Below, one piece after another: positions 31,208 to 46,999 of a stretch of DNA of 64,000 nt. How positions within the stretch are numbered: the stretch's first letter is position 1; the number at the start of each line of letters is the position of its first letter. Below the pieces are notes generated by a model that saw only the letters and a list, made by a program, of their open reading frames with translations, did not search any database and was not told the origin of the DNA. The DNA lies in NCBI RefSeq assembly GCF_009914755.1, contig NC_060926.1; one strand, written 5' to 3'. A program made the translations under genes and the position numbers. This DNA is from the human T2T-CHM13v2.0 reference genome, Homo sapiens.

Positions 31208-31680
31208 ATTAATCAGGACCTTTTGGGGTTCAAGTGACAGAATCCAACTCAAATTAGCTTAAGTAAAAGTGGGAATTAGCTCAAATACCAGAAAAGTCCA
31301 GGATGGATAGCTGCTCCAGGAGTCGCAATGATGTAATCAAGCTTCACCTCCCACCACTGGTGAAGATGGTTTCAAGCATTCTGGGGCTCACATGCAACCT
31401 GCTTAGCAACTCCCACTGAGGAAGAGCTTCTTCACATTAAGTCCACCAGGAAAGTCCTGGGAGAGGACTAAATCATATGCTCACGTGTGAACCCATCACT
31501 GGAACTAGAGGTAATGGGCCACCTTGAACAGGCCCAAGTCCTATTCCCACACCTGTGGCAGAGGAGAGGTAAGGGTTAGCTCCAGCTGAACTGTAGGGCC
31601 TGAGCCCCTCAAGAGAAAGGAGGTCTCCCTTACAGAAGAATAGGGTGGGTTCTGGGCAGGCAGAAACTACAAATGCCTTA
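31208..31680 (-). mobile_element. Old MLT1 (MaLR) LTR
   Basis: caagtgacagaatccaactcaaattagcttaagtaaaagtgggaatt motif typical of antisense MLT1J/K/L. Confidence 0.55.
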
Positions 31681-31689
31681 CATTTCTTG

Positions 31690-32106
<417 letters not shown>

Positions 32107-35100
32107 TAGTTTGACCTTAATCTTTTTTTCTCTGGGGGAAATTTTTTCAGGGCTGTTCTTTTATGTTTCCCTCTGTATTGATCTGCTTTTCTTGATTTGC
32201 CAGTCTCTCCCTTTTCATCCTTGGCTCAGTGGTTGATCTTCATTATCCAGGGTGGATCCTGGGCTTCTAGTTATTAACAGCAGTATCACGTGTGTGCTGT
32301 GTGCATACAGGCATGCATGGGTGGATGCGTGTGTGTGTGTTGTTTTGAATCTTGACCATCTTCAAATGTCACTTCTAATGACTTGAGTGAGCTGCCTTGT
32401 TCCACAAGGCCTGCTTCTGAGAACCCCCAGGTGCATGTGGTCTGGGTGCTCACTGGGGGTGTTTAGGGAAGGAATGCTGATTCTCTGTTCTCACACCACC
32501 AAGCATTTGCATTTACTGTTATCTCTCTCTAAAATGCCCTTGCCTGGTCTATTTCTACTTGTCCTTCAAGTGGCTGATCAGGCCTCACTTCCTCCAGGAA
32601 GCTCCTGGGCCATCCAGTCTGGGCTGGGAGAGGGTTTTTTCCTAATAAGACAGTGCAGCCATTTATAGAGTCAATTGTTTACTGCTGGAGTCATTTCCGA
32701 TGGTGAGTTAAAGATCTTGAGTATTACCTATGGTTAGAGCCCCTCCTCTGAGTTCCACTGCATCCCATATATATCCCTATTTGCTCATTATCATGCTGTT
32801 TGGCATGCACCTGTTTGTTTATCTTGCTCTCCTAGTAACAGGTGAGCCCCTTGAAAATAGGGACTTTATTCCTAGTATCAGAGCTTAATAAGCCTAGGAT
32901 AAATGTTTGGGGAGTAACCCACCGCCTCCACTCAGAGCCTCTTACTCTGCTGCAGTCCCTGCTGTTCCCAGCACACATCCATTACTGCATCATTGCTATT
33001 TGTTTGTGTGTCTCATTTTCCCCATTGCATTGTAAAGTTCCTTGTGCTAACCAAGTGGTCTTTATTCATTTCTGTTATCTGGCCCATAGTACAATGCCTG
33101 GCATATATAGAAGGTGCTAAATCAGTGTAGAAAAAATATTTTTAAACGTATGTCTCTTTAACTACTCAGAGTGGCAGATTATTATATACCTTTTTGTTTG
33201 TATCTTCTGGAGTGCTTGGCTTGTTTAATGTGACTTTTGTCAACACTTGGTTTAGATATTCCTTAAACGTCCTCGGGTACCAGACTGTTTAGTTGCACAA
33301 CTAGACTTCTGTTACTCTTCATATTAGGAGGAGAATAAACTCAGAGACAATGAGCACAATCTGGGCATTTTGTCGGTCCCACAGTCCTATCATATCCTGG
33401 GATATGTCTTTATTAGGCACCTTGTGGAGAGTGCCCAAGCCTTTCAGTGAGCTGGGATTCTCAGACCTCAGACGGGTAATACAAGGGAATGGGGCTGGAT
33501 TTGGGATCCATCAATGAGGGCAGTGGTAGGTCTGCATCAAGTCCACACTTGTAGGTGGAGAATCCAGAAGCGAGAAGAAGCCAGAGGGAGCCCTGAAAGG
33601 GGGTACTGGAAAGACTCCCAGAGACAATGGGATGCAGCAAGGGCCTTGTCGCTGCACACTCACGATTGAGTCTATGGGTGGAGAGGGATTGTCTGGGGCC
33701 ATGAGTGAGCTCTGAAGTAAACAGAAGGAAGCTGGCTCTTGGCTACATGCAGTGGCAAGCCAGGGGGCCACCACAGACACGCCATGTGTGTCAGAGGATA
33801 TGGATGGAGTAGGCGGAATACCCAAGACAAATGTACCCTGAACTGGTCTCAGCCAGGCTGTCTTTGGGGCCCAGGGTGGAGGCCATGCATGTAGAGACAG
33901 GCTGCAAGATAGGGGTTGTTGCTCTCTTCTGTGTTCTGAGCAGCCTGGATTCTGACAACAGTGCTCCTCCTCATCCTAGAAGGAGGCAAAGCCAGCTCAA
34001 ATAAATCTGATGAATAATGTGTCAGCTGCCATTCAGATAAAAGAGCACAGACCAAGCCTGGCTATCCAGTCAGTAATTCACATTCACTGGGTGGCAGTGG
34101 GCTCACAACCTGTGCTGGACAAACTGAGGAAGATCGGGACAAAATGCTAGAGAAGAGAAAATGGGAAAGCTCGCATCTACTTTTTTATAATTGCAAGTGA
34201 GTAAGATTTCTGAGTATGGAGAAAACAGACTTGAACCACTTTCCTCTCGGAAGGAGACACTTTCTTTCCCAGCCAGTTTACGTCAGAGTAGAAGATGAGG
34301 CTTTGATAAAACAATGTCTTTATTTCCTATGTACATTTCTTTGTTCTGAAAAGAGCACTAATGTGTTTTCATGTTGGGTTCAAAGAAGAGATTGTCCTGG
34401 AAAAGTCACAGCTCCTTTGGAAGGGCAACCAGGATGTAAAATCATTTCTACTAAATCTTCACCCCGCCAAGCTGAGAATTGAATTTCCTGAACCAGAGTG
34501 AACTCTGTGGCTCAGGTGGTTTTTAATTAAAGCAATTTATATTCAAAGAATGTGCACACTTGCAGGCTCACACAAAATCAATGAAGTCAAGAGGGGAAGC
34601 AGAAAAAACTGTAATTGAGAAGCACTTATGTGGCAGGGCAAAAAAATTTTTTTTTAATTTAATTTTTGTTTAAAATATGTGTATACATGGCCTACTATCA
34701 GCCAAAATTCAAAATGTATTGCATGCTATTTACTATTTTCCCCCTTTCCAGCTCTACTCCTACAAAATAAGGCTAGGTTTCATCCTAGATTAGGCACTAC
34801 TACTTATTTTTTCACGTTTTAACAAGTATAGAGTTTGAATGTCTAGAACCCATGGAATAATTTGCTGCCACTTTCTTTCAAGCAACTCAATGGGAATGAG
34901 TTATTAATCAGTGTCCCCTGATGCAAGCTCCACCGTTTTGTCATTTTCATGAAGTTTGCTGGCATATAAATATAACCCCCACATTCTTTTATGAAATACA
35001 TAAATGCAATAAAATAGTTGCTTTGGTTCTTTTCTGGAGGCAGAAGGAGAAAAATGTCAAACTCTCATTGTTCAGTGTTTCTAACAGACCCCTTTTGTAT

Positions 35101-35756
35101 CACCAGTATGACTTTCCAGCACAAAGTTCTGAACTGCAGATAATAGCTTAAAAGGCTATCTGAACCCATTCTGTTATGTAGATGAAAGAAAGCCTTTAAA
35201 ATTAATCTATGGCATCTCTGAATAAAAAAAGAAGGGCACTCATCCAACTCATTTCCTTGGGCCAAAACAGTGAGCAAGCAGACCAAAAATGCCAAGATTC
35301 TGCTGCTCCAAAGCCAGAGTCTGACACAGCGCAAGCACAGCAGATTAGCAACCAGATTCTTACTTCTGACCTGTCACTGTTTGGAAATATGCAACAGTGT
35401 GCTATTATTCAGTGTTATCACTAAACTAAGAGGCAATGTAAGGCATCTGACTAAATAAAGCATAGCATACTAATTAAGAACTGTTTTGTAACAAAATATT
35501 ATTTTATGAGATATAAATATTTAATGGAGATAAAATAATCCTTATTTAAAAATTAGACCATCTGTTAGAAGACTGTCTAAACCAGAGGAAGTAACTGAAA
35601 AACTATGTTTGTCAAATTGGGATGAACATACTGGGAAATATGCACGACACATCACACTGGAGTATCAATTTTATTAATAAAATAGTGTCCGTAAATTTAT
35701 TTATATGACAACAAATATGATATTAAGGAATTCAATGCAAACATGACCAAAATGAG

Positions 35757-36478
35757 GTATTTATTTATTATTTTTAGAATTTTTGATTTGGGGGCACACG
35801 TGCAGAATTGTTACATGGATATATTGTTGTGATGCTGACATTTGGGATACAAATGGTCCTGTCGCCCAGGTGGTAGGCGTAATACCCAATAGGTAGTTTT
35901 TCAGCCCATTCCCCATTCCCTCCCTGTCTCAACTAGTAGTCCCATGTCTACTGTTCCCATCTTTATGTCTATGTGTAGTCAGTGTTTAGCTCCCACTTGT
36001 AAGTGAGAATATGTGGTATTTGATTTTCTGTTCTTGCATTAATTTGCTTAGGATAATGGCCTCCTGTCACATCCATGTTGCTGGAAAGGACATGATTTTA
36101 CTTTTTTATGGCTGCATAGTATTCCATGGTGTCTATATACCACATTTTCTTTATCCGATCCAGCGCTGATGGGCACTTAGGTTGATTCCGTATCTTGGCT
36201 ATTGTGAATAGTGCTGTGATGAAGATGCAAATGCACGTGTCTTTTTGATAGAATGCATTATTTTCCTCTGGTTATACCCAGTCATGGGATTGCTGGGTAG
36301 AATGGTAGTTCTGTTTTAAGTTCTTTGAGAAACCCCCAAACTGCTTTCAACAGTGGATGAACTAGTTTGCATTCTCATCAACAGTGTATAAGTGTTTCCT
36401 TTTCTCTGCAGCATCTGTTATTTTTTGACTTTTTAATACTTGCCATTCTGATGGTATCTCATGGTGGTTTCATTTGCA
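35757..36478 (-). mobile_element. L1PB-like 3' fragment
   Basis: Antisense L1 3' UTR and ORF2 end (ctcccacttgtaagtgagaatatgtggtatttg...ttttatggctgcatagtattccatgg). Confidence 0.88.
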
Positions 36479-36714
36479 CAAAATAAGAGATTTAAATATT
36501 TTTTGAGTTAATAGCATTACTTAAAATGGCATCTGCCATTAATGGTATTCAGATGAAAAAGAATGGAAGCAATTATCAGACCTAATCAGAGGAATCAATT
36601 ACAAAATAATTATGCAAATCAATGCTGTTCCTGTATGCAAGCAATAAACAGAAATTATAATAAAAATATAGATTCCATTCACAATAAGACACACACACCA
36701 TAAGATATAGATAG

Positions 36715-36984
36715 TGCTATGGTCTGAATGTTTGTCCCCCACAAACTCATATGTTGGAACCTAATCCCCAGTGTGATAGTGTTAGAAAGTAGAACCCTGT
36801 CTTTACAAAAATAATTTAAGAATTAGCTGTGCATGGTGGTATGTATGTGCCTGTCGTCCTAGGTACTTGGGAGGCTGAGGTGGAAGGACCTGAGCCTGGG
36901 AGGTCAAGGCTGCAGCAAGCTGTGACCATACCACTGCACTGCAGCCAAGACAACAGAACGAGACTCTGTCTGAAAAAAAAAAAA
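36715..36984 (+). mobile_element. MaLR LTR 5' end (MST/MLT1A-like) fused to an AluJ right half
   Basis: tgctatggtctgaatgtttgtccccc...ctaatccccagtgtgatag joins at agaacc to ctgtctttacaaaaa...gaggctgaggtggaagga...ctg + poly-A. Confidence 0.75.
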
Positions 36985-37017
36985 GATATATTATTAATAA
37001 GTCAGTCCCCCAAATTA

Positions 37018-37344
<327 letters not shown>

Positions 37345-40244
37345 TTACTGACAAAATTCTTTTCTAATAGGTAACATTAGAATGAGATTTTCTCTTTAGT
37401 AAGAGCACCAAGACCCAGCTAATGCCCTCATTCAGTATTTCTCAGATTTGGTTAGTTTATATACAGCTTTTCATGGAAAAAATTATTAGCCCAAGTGATG
37501 ACTCAAATTATTTTTTTAAGTAACATTACTTCATTACCATCAAACAAAACTAGTTATATGCTTCTTAGGTTTTTGACCCTTAAACAAGTATAATGGTAAA
37601 ATACATTTATCAATTAAATATCCATAATTGTAAAAATCAGTGAAATTCAAATGAGGAATATTTTTAAAATGTGATAAATGATATTTTATGGAAACCAAAT
37701 TGCTGGTGTTGGATTGAATAGGAGGAAGATGTGTTTGGTTGTTTCATGCTTCACTAGCTGGTTGTTGCTTTTGATCTGGAATATGATGAGCCGTTATTTG
37801 AGGCTTAATTGTTCCTATCACTGTTATTTTTAGCTCTTATATTTGTTTTTATCCATTGATCGACTATGTTGATTGTCCAATAAATTTAGTGCACTGTCTT
37901 GTATACGATGTTGTGTACAGTGTTGCATACGACATTGAAAGTTTAGCACCAGTTCTCTTGGAAACACAAACACAGATAATGAACTCAAGCCAGTATTTAG
38001 TTACAAGATGGTCAGCCTGATGGGCCAGAACACTCTGATATGACTTTTCTTAGATCATAATCCAAAGAAAAGCCCCGAATTTAAAAAATTATCTCAGAAC
38101 TTGTGAATCTCAGTTTGAGAAAACATTACCCCAGCTTACTTCAAGTAGTAATTGATGTAAAAAAAAAATTCCAGGGTAACAGAAGAAATTGGGTAGTATT
38201 TTGTGATTATTATAAGTGAGACTTTGTGACATTGATCTATATTTTCAACACCCATCTTTGGCATGGACTGGCTGATCCTCCTTTAGAGATGGGCACTGCT
38301 AAGCCTATTCTGCAGATGAATAAATTGAGGCAGAAAACAGCACTCCAGGGGCATAGAGAAAGTTGTGGTGAAATTTAGGTTCGAGGTCAAAGTTGTGCCT
38401 AACTGAGAGGGAAAGTGAGGGGCAATGACAAAAATTGCTCAGCCTTGGCTTGCTCTGACACTATTTAAGCTGTACCTTTTTTCTTCCTCTGGCTAACCAG
38501 GACAAGGCATCCAGGACCACAATGCAGGGAGCCTCATCAGGCACTTGTGCTAAACAGGCACTCCCTGTACCTGACCCCCTGTGTCCTATTCAGCTACAAG
38601 GGATGAAATGGAAACTAATCGCTTTTCTGAGACCATGAGAACAAGCAGTCAGCTTGCAAGATGTTATCCCCTTCTAATTATAGGTCCACAAGCGGTGAAT
38701 GCTTGCCATGGGAAGCTACTATTCTTTCCCAAATGCAGGTGTCCCTTCTTGAACAGCTGCCAGGAGCTCAGCAGCCTTGGAAGCCCTTCAGATAAATAGC
38801 ACCTGAGGTTACATTGCCTCAGCTGTGGCATGTAGAGACACAACCCTCGGGTATCTGGGTGTGGACTTGCTTTAGTCATGGGGAGACTAGAGAGACTTGT
38901 CCTTCAAATCAGACCAACTTATAACCACCTCCCCAAACATCAGGGGAATAGCACCCTAGCCATAGTTACTATTGTAACCAAAGGAAATAACCAGAGCACC
39001 AGACTGTGCCAAGTAGATTCATTATGAGTGGTAAATAAGATAACATTTAGGATTAAATCGAACTTTCCTAGGCTTGAGACTTTTCTGCAACTCCACACAA
39101 TAGCACTGGAAAATAATTTGGTTTTATAGTTCTTATTAACTATGGTCAAGGCTGGAGTCCTGTTTTTAAATTACCAGATTTGACTTGTTTGCCTGTTTGA
39201 GGTAACCTGCCAAAAGTAGTCACAGAAAACCAGGTTGCTTTCATTCTGCACTTACTATTTTTGTTTTTAGGACCCCAAAAGTGAGCTTAATGCATTATTA
39301 ATAGGAAGTTTGACTTATGATCTTTAAACAGGAGCTTTTAAACATTAGTCAAGGTTTGAAAGCCAAATACTTATAAACATGTTCCTACGGGCATAAAAGG
39401 GAGGATGTAAACCAAACTGTTAACAATGATTATCTCAAGGGAGGGGCACTGGACAGGGTGGAAAATGTCACTTTCTGTTTTATACACTTCTATTGTCTAA
39501 GTTTCTTTGTTTAATACTGAGCATGTGACTCATACTTTAACTGTTTAAAAACAGTTTTTATTTAGAATAATTTCATTCACATATGAAAAATTAACCTGGA
39601 TTCACACTGATGTCACAAGCAAGCACGATTCAAGGCATATTAGAATAAGTTGATTTGATCTGATTGACTTTAGGAAGAACTTGTGGAAATAAACCAATGT
39701 AATTTAGGGTAGAGCCTCTTCCTACAGCAGGAGGGGTGATTTTTCTCAGTCTCTTCTCAACAAGACCTCTGGTTTGAGAAATGGTGTGAAACCAGGCAGA
39801 TTGCAAGCCCTTGTATGGAACCTTGGTGGCAGTGACTGGTGATTATTGTGCCCCATTAAGGCAGAAGATCCAGCCTCAGTGGAAGCCATGAAATTGCCTC
39901 AGCCTCTGCCAAGTGTTTGTTCTACAACTGCATGATTTGTATGCCACTGCAGAACCCTATGAATCCTAGTGTGTTGCGATGTTGAGAAGAAGAACATGCC
40001 ACTCTCATTTTAATCTGGTTTTCTGGGGAAAGTACTTGTTAGGATTAGGGAGACTCACAAGCTGGGCCTGGCTCTGCCCCTTACCCTTTATGGGTCTCAG
40101 TTTCCTTAACTCTATACATAGGAGAAGACTGAATTTTACACGATCTCTAAGGTCTCTTTTGGCACAAAAATCCTTATGACCTCTGAAGTGGTTCCTAAAC
40201 CAAGATTTTTGAGTAGTGAGTACCGTATAGTTCCTTTCTTGTCC

Positions 40245-40558
40245 TTATTGATTGACGGATTGAGACAGGGTCTTGCTCTGTCACCCAGACTGGAGTACAA
40301 TGGGGTGATCATAGCTCACTGTAACCTTGAACTCCTGCGCTTAAGGGATCCTCCTGCCTCAGCCTCCTGAGTAGCTGGGACTACAGGTGCATGCCACTCT
40401 GCTCAGCTAATTTTTTTATTTTTTTAATTTATTTTTGTGGTAGAGTCAGGGTCTCACTAAATTTCCAGGGCTGATCTCAAACTCCTGGTCTCAAGCAGTC
40501 CTCCTGCCTTAGACTCCCAAAGTACTGGGATTATAAGCATAAGCCACCATGCCCAACC
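40245..40558 (-). mobile_element. AluJ
   Basis: gagacagggtcttgctctgtcacc...atcatagctcactgtaaccttgaactcctg (J-type). Confidence 0.88.
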
Positions 40559-41625
40559 TCGTTGTTTTTTAAAAAGCCCAACTTCAAGTAAACATAGCAA
40601 CTCGGTCATAGTCATATATGTAGTCATATAGGTCTATGTTGTATGTTATATGTGTATGACGTGTCAGTCAAAGAAAAGTCAGCCCAACCTGCTTTATAAG
40701 TATGGGAGAGGGAGGACCAAGAGACATGGAGGGCTCAGGGTTTCTCATGAAACAAGTATGTATTTGGGATTAAGATCTTGTACTCCATGCTCCCACATGG
40801 AGACAAGTCTGCCTTCAAGTTTCTCTTCATTAGCGCAGCACCTTAGAAATAAGGGCCATGTCACCCATTTTCCTTTAAATTACTCCTAGCTCAGGGGCTG
40901 AGTTGGTAGAGGGTGGCACCCTCAGTGATGTTCTTCTGGCCAAGCCATTCCTGCTCTGACGGGGCCACTCTGGAGCCAGCAGGTGGGTTCCTGAAGTAAG
41001 CTGATGACTCACTCGGTCTTGACCTGATTCCCTCAGGTATGGAATCTGTCCCAAGGAGGTCTTGTGGAGAGTGGGGAAGGGAAACTGCACATGAAGTGCC
41101 CAAACTCCTGGTCACTCTATATGTCAGGCTCAACTTGAGTCACTTGCAAGCATGGATGTGATTTGATGATGAACAGCCTGTTACATACTACATTGTACAA
41201 AATAAGAGAGGTCAGAGTGGCCTTCAGACATCATCCTGAAAGTGAACGCTAACTTGAACACCTCCTCTGACAGCCTTCCCTTCTTTGCTTTTTTCTTTCT
41301 CCTTGTTTTTTCTAATCTCCAGTTCTTCCTTCTTATCTGACTCATGACTTCCCATGGCACTCATGGATGGATGTCGTGTATTTTCCTATCTGCAGCTCAG
41401 ATCCAAAGACAAAAAAACCCAACTGAGCCCTATCTGCCAACCATCCAAGACTCCCAGGTGTTTCTAAATTCTTTCCTGGATGTCTATCTCCAGGACTAAG
41501 AAGTTCTGGGTCTTCTTTTGCAGGCTGTCAACAGATTCCCCCTCATATTTGACAGAAAAGCTTTGAGCAAAGCTCAGTCTTACTTCTATGAATAAAAGAG
41601 ATAATTGTGATCAGTGATTAAAACC

Positions 41626-42089
41626 ATATACACACACGTGTGTATACACACGCACACACACACGTGTGTATACACACGCACACACACACGTGTGTATACA
41701 CACGCACACACACACGTGTGTATACACACGCACATACACACACACGTGGGTATGCACACGCGCACACACACACGTGGGTATGCACACGCATATACACACA
41801 TACGTGTGTATGCACACGCACATATACACGTGTGTATGCATACACATACATATGTATACACGTATGTGTATACATATATACAGACGTGTATACATATATA
41901 CAGACATGTGTATACATATATAGACATGTGTATACATATACACAGACATATGTGTATACATATATACACAGACGTGTGTATACACACGTATACACACACG
42001 TGTGTATACACACGTGTATGTGTGGGTGTATGCATATATATACACACATACATATGTATATATATGTGTGTGTATACATATATATATAT

Positions 42090-42090
<1 letters not shown>
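41626..42090. repeat. Complex alternating purine-pyrimidine repeat including a 26-bp palindromic unit x4
   Basis: gtgtgtata recurs at 41638, 41664, 41690 and 41716 (period 26), then degenerates into CA/TA/TG mixtures. Confidence 0.95.
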
Positions 42091-42404
<314 letters not shown>

Positions 42405-42414
42405 TTCTTCCATA

Positions 42415-42693
42415 TTCTTTGTTTTTGTTTTTGTTTTTTTATAAAGAGACAGAGTCTTGCTCTGTTGCCCCGGCTGGAGTGCAGGGGCATAATCTTGGCT
42501 CACTGCAGCCTTGACCTCGCCAGCTCAAGCAATCCTTCCTCCCACCTCAGCCTCCCAAGTAGTTGGGACTACAGGGAAGTGCCACCATGCCCAGCTAATT
42601 TTTTTGTTTTTATGTTTTGTAGAGACAAGGTCTCACTGTGTTGCTCAGGCTGGTCTTGAACACCTGGGCTCAAGCAATCCTCACACCTCAGCC
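42415..42693 (-). mobile_element. AluJ, 5' end missing, tandem to the previous copy
   Basis: gagacagagtcttgctctgttgccc...ctgggctcaagcaatcctcacacctcagcc. Confidence 0.85.
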
Positions 42694-44084
42694 AATACTC
42701 TTAAAGATAAAAAAGAAATCACCACTAGCTTTCTTCTCTCTAGACCACATAGCACAAACTCCCTGTGGCTTTACTTATAAGTCATACCTTAATAATTTTG
42801 ATTATTATTGGAACCCTTGTCAGAAGCCGTATGTCTTTTCTTAAAAGGATGACTAAGATGAGATGGTGTGCTATGTAAGATCTGATTTTAAAAGAGCAAA
42901 AACAAAACCCCTAGCTCTTTGAAAACCATGATTTATATAATGCATTCATTTTCATATAGGCCAACATTATATTGGTTTTTTAAAACAATGCTTCCACATA
43001 GGTAGATTATTCTTAATTTTAGGTCATTTTTCTTTTTCCACATTAATATTTCCTCAACTTATTTTTGGGTGGGAGGATTCTGCCCAAAAGTTAACCATTT
43101 TTATTCATCTACTTTTTGCATCAGGTTTTTCTCTTCACAAGGAACAAAGACCCTCTTGAGTTATCTAAGGCCATGGGGCTTGTTGTAAGGGTCCTTGTGG
43201 ACTACAATGGAACCAAGCACCACCAGAAATCTTGGCAGCTTGGCACAGGGCCACTGTCTGGCCTCTCATGTTCATTCATGTGTGTCTCCTCCCGTTCCCC
43301 TATTCTCTTTCATTCCGCATTTCTATCTCATTCATCTCTCTAAAGTGACCACCTTGCTCTGCTCCCTCAAAGCTCCTGTTCTCTGTGGCCTTGGCTTGCA
43401 CATGCACTTGGCCACAATGATCTCTCTTCTCCTTTCCCCACATGGTAACTTTCCAACTTAAGTTCTGGTTGCCAACTGGGTCATTCTGTCTTCCAAAGCA
43501 AATTCCCAAGAGTGAGGATTTGATAGGACCAGCTCATTTTTTTCATTCCAGCCTGTGGAGTGACTGAGGCTCAAGAGTGACCCAGCACGTTGGGTCAGGT
43601 GTTCACCTATGTCCCTCTTCATGCTGGGCATGTGAAATTGTCATTCAAAGAACATGCAGCTGGGAGCAACTGATCAGGCATTGTGATTGATAAATATCTG
43701 GTACATCTTAAGTGAACCGAATAGTTTTCATAGAACTATTCTCCCCACTTTCTGAGAGGGAATTTTCATTATCTCCCAGAATATTAACAATTCTACTAAA
43801 TTTATTGTCATATAAAAATTGGGGGCATATATTCTAATGCTTTTTATCCACCTAATAAATACTGATATTAAATAAGATTGATTGTAAAAATGAACCCCAT
43901 GGGAGTTTCTTCTGAATATCCCAGGTGGATACTGTCCCATTGAACACTGCTACCTTTTGGGTTCAATCCATAAGCCAAAACTGTAACTCATACCAAAATA
44001 AAGTCAAAGAGTATACTTTTTCTTGATGGGTAACCTATAGAGTCCCAGGTTCTGGGAAGCGGTTGGGAGTGGGGGTTGCTTGCA

Positions 44085-44310
44085 CAGGCTCTGGAGCCAG
44101 CCTGCCTGGGACCAAGTCCTGGCTTCAACACTTCTGAGCTGTATGGTGTGGGGGGGCTTTTGTGACCCCGCTGCTCTTCACTTTTCTTGTATATAAAATG
44201 GCACCGCTAAGAGTATTTGTGAGACAGGCTATTGTGAGGATTTAAAGAATTAATCAACCTAAGATGTTTTGAACAGTATCTACTACAAGGTAAATACTCC
44301 ACAGAATAGC
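44085..44310 (+). mobile_element. MIR SINE
   Basis: ggctctggagccagcctgcctggg...gtataaaatgg...attgtgaggatttaaag. Confidence 0.65.
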
Positions 44311-44424
44311 TACATTGTCACAATTAATTCCATAACCTTTTGTTGAATACCAACTATATAGCTTAAGCTAGTTTCAGGCGGAGTTCTGTGAATTTTACAA
44401 TCACAGTGGTCTTTTTATTAAGCC

Positions 44425-44797
44425 ATTTTTAAAATTTTATTTTTTTAAATTGACAATAATTGTACATATAACAGACATGTTTCAATACATATAATGTATC
44501 ATGGTATAGGGTAATTACCATATTCATCATGTCAGACATCACTTCTTTGCTTTGGGAACATTTAATATCCTCTTTCTAGCTGTTTGAATCTATATGTTAT
44601 TGATTGTAGACATCCTACACTGATACAGAACACCAGCATTTATTCCTCCTATCTAGCTGTAATTTTGTATCCTTTAAAAATCTCTCCCTATGGCTGCCTT
44701 CCCCCTACTTTTCCGAGCCTTCAGTCACCTCTGTTCTGCTTTTTACTTCTATGAGATCAACTCTTTTTTAGCTTCCACATATGAGCGAGAACATGCG
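44425..44797 (-). mobile_element. L1MA 3' fragment
   Basis: ttgacaataattgtacatat...cttctatgagatcaact...ttagcttccacatatgagcgagaacatgcg. Confidence 0.8.
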
Positions 44798-46999
44798 AAA
44801 ATACAGATGGATTTCCTAGTCGCTTTCTGTCAGTCTATGTGGCCATAATTTTATTATAGAAAGAAATTAGACAAGTTGCTATGCCAAGCTCTTTACAGAA
44901 TCACATTGGTAATTTTCTGTCATCTTCATATGTATTATTTCATGAATTTCCTATTATGAATATTTCCAACTGCCGGGATCAAATTGAGAACAACTGCTTG
45001 ATTTTTACTGTCTTCCAGAATATTAGAGACTTAATTTAATTAATTCCAATGAAAGTTTCCTTAAGTCAATATAAAATATTTTACAAAGATCATTCTGTGA
45101 ATCTTACAGTGATGTTGTTCTTTGCATTTCCCCCACTGCATCACTTCTGGGTGTAGTGACTTGGAGCATAAATATATTGGTATGAGAGTCTATACTGAAA
45201 TAGACACAGCAGGCCTTCTTGGATCCAAGTTCAATAAAAAATGAAGTTTGGCATTGCTAGTGATCATCCTGAACTAAGCTGCAAAAATTCTGCTCTAAGG
45301 TTTTGTCAAACTAAATAGACTTATATTACTAAGTATACATATCAGATTCACTGCCTATGAGAGGCAGACTCTCATAACCTAGTGGTAAACATTTTGATTA
45401 GTGAGAAGTGTTTTCACATCTGCTTATTTGAAGCACAAGTGTTTTTCTCCTCCTCACAGAAAAATTAGGATAAGGCAAATATCATCAGCTCCATTCATTT
45501 CCACTTGCAGTTTCAGCTAGTATGTAAATACAAGGCTCGGAGGACCAGAAGATGTCTGAAATTAACACAGTATTATAACTGCATTGCCCAATGCTAGGGA
45601 CTGATGGGAAATTGGCATTCCTAATAGAGCTGTGGTGAATATTCATTTTTCCATCTGGAAACTAAGTATGTGTGAATTTAGGAGATTAAAAACTGGTGTG
45701 ACTTCAGCAGTATAACTATATAAACTTTATAGTCTTGAGAGTGAAATTCAAATCAAAAATGTGTTTCTGTAAAAGTATTGAATGAGAACTAGAACTGAAA
45801 CTAATTAAGTCCATTTGTCAGAAGTAACATAGGGCACAATTACATTTTAAAGAGAACACAGGTGGGGGATCCAAGACCATACTTTGATCACTATTTTAGA
45901 GACCATAGGAACTTGGAGAAGTTCTCTGCTCAATTCCTCCACAGGATTCCAATTTCAATAAGAGTTGCCAGGATCTCCTTAGAAATACAGAATATTGGAG
46001 AAATGGAAGGAAACAGTAACTGGAAGACAAACGTTATGCCATAAATAAAATCCTGTAGTTAGAGCTTGGAGTGAAAACCTTCTGGGGATCGACAGCTCAT
46101 TCCTCTCTTAGAATTGCTCTTTAGAAATTAATGGGCTTGGCTTTGTATCTCCAACTGTTCTTCACAAATGAACCAAACTGGGAATCAGTTGGAGTCACTG
46201 AAGCTTAACACAACTCCAGCTATTGTTTACATGGCTCCCATGAAACCCCTGTGGCAAACTGATTAGATTTACAGTTCATTCGATAAGCCTGTCTGCTCAT
46301 GGCACATAAGGCAGTGAACCTTTTCACAAAATGAAACTAGAGCTGGAGAGGGGGGAAAACACAAAATCTTTAATGAAGAGGGAGGCTAAGAGACTTGGGT
46401 AGAAGATCTTTTAAGTTTGTAGAAAGCCTCCCTTGTATTGGAGTTCGTAGGCTCCACATTGAATTGACACTTTGGGACTTGCCCTCCTGCCTACCAGAAA
46501 CTCTACAGTGCCATTTTCAAATTCTTTGTGATCATAGGTATGTTTAACGCCAATAAGAACTAAGGATTGGAAAAGACTCTTTAAAGTAAAGATGAAGTGG
46601 GCCAGGGAGCACCGTGTGGATCCATGGAAGCGATCACCAACCACACGATGTCAGACAGAGCTGCTTTTGTTTCTAGCTATCTCCCATCCCCACCCTAAAC
46701 CAGAGGCTTGGGGGAAGTGTGTAAAACCTATCCCAGTGGCACATGCCTTGGACCTATTATTGAGTGGTTGGGAATTAGTCATGGAGCCATAAAGTCATCA
46801 CCCCCAAAACTCTTTTTAGTCCCTTTTTAGCCAGTATAACTGATCTCACTTCTCAAAAAGCATGACTCAATCACTTTGTAGACCCTGGCCTAGCACTGCA
46901 GACTTGCTCCCACTGTGACAATGGCAGAGGAAGTGGTCAGCTTCTGAATAGAAGCTGACACCCACCATCAGAAGAGTCCCTTGTGGGAATTTTACACCA

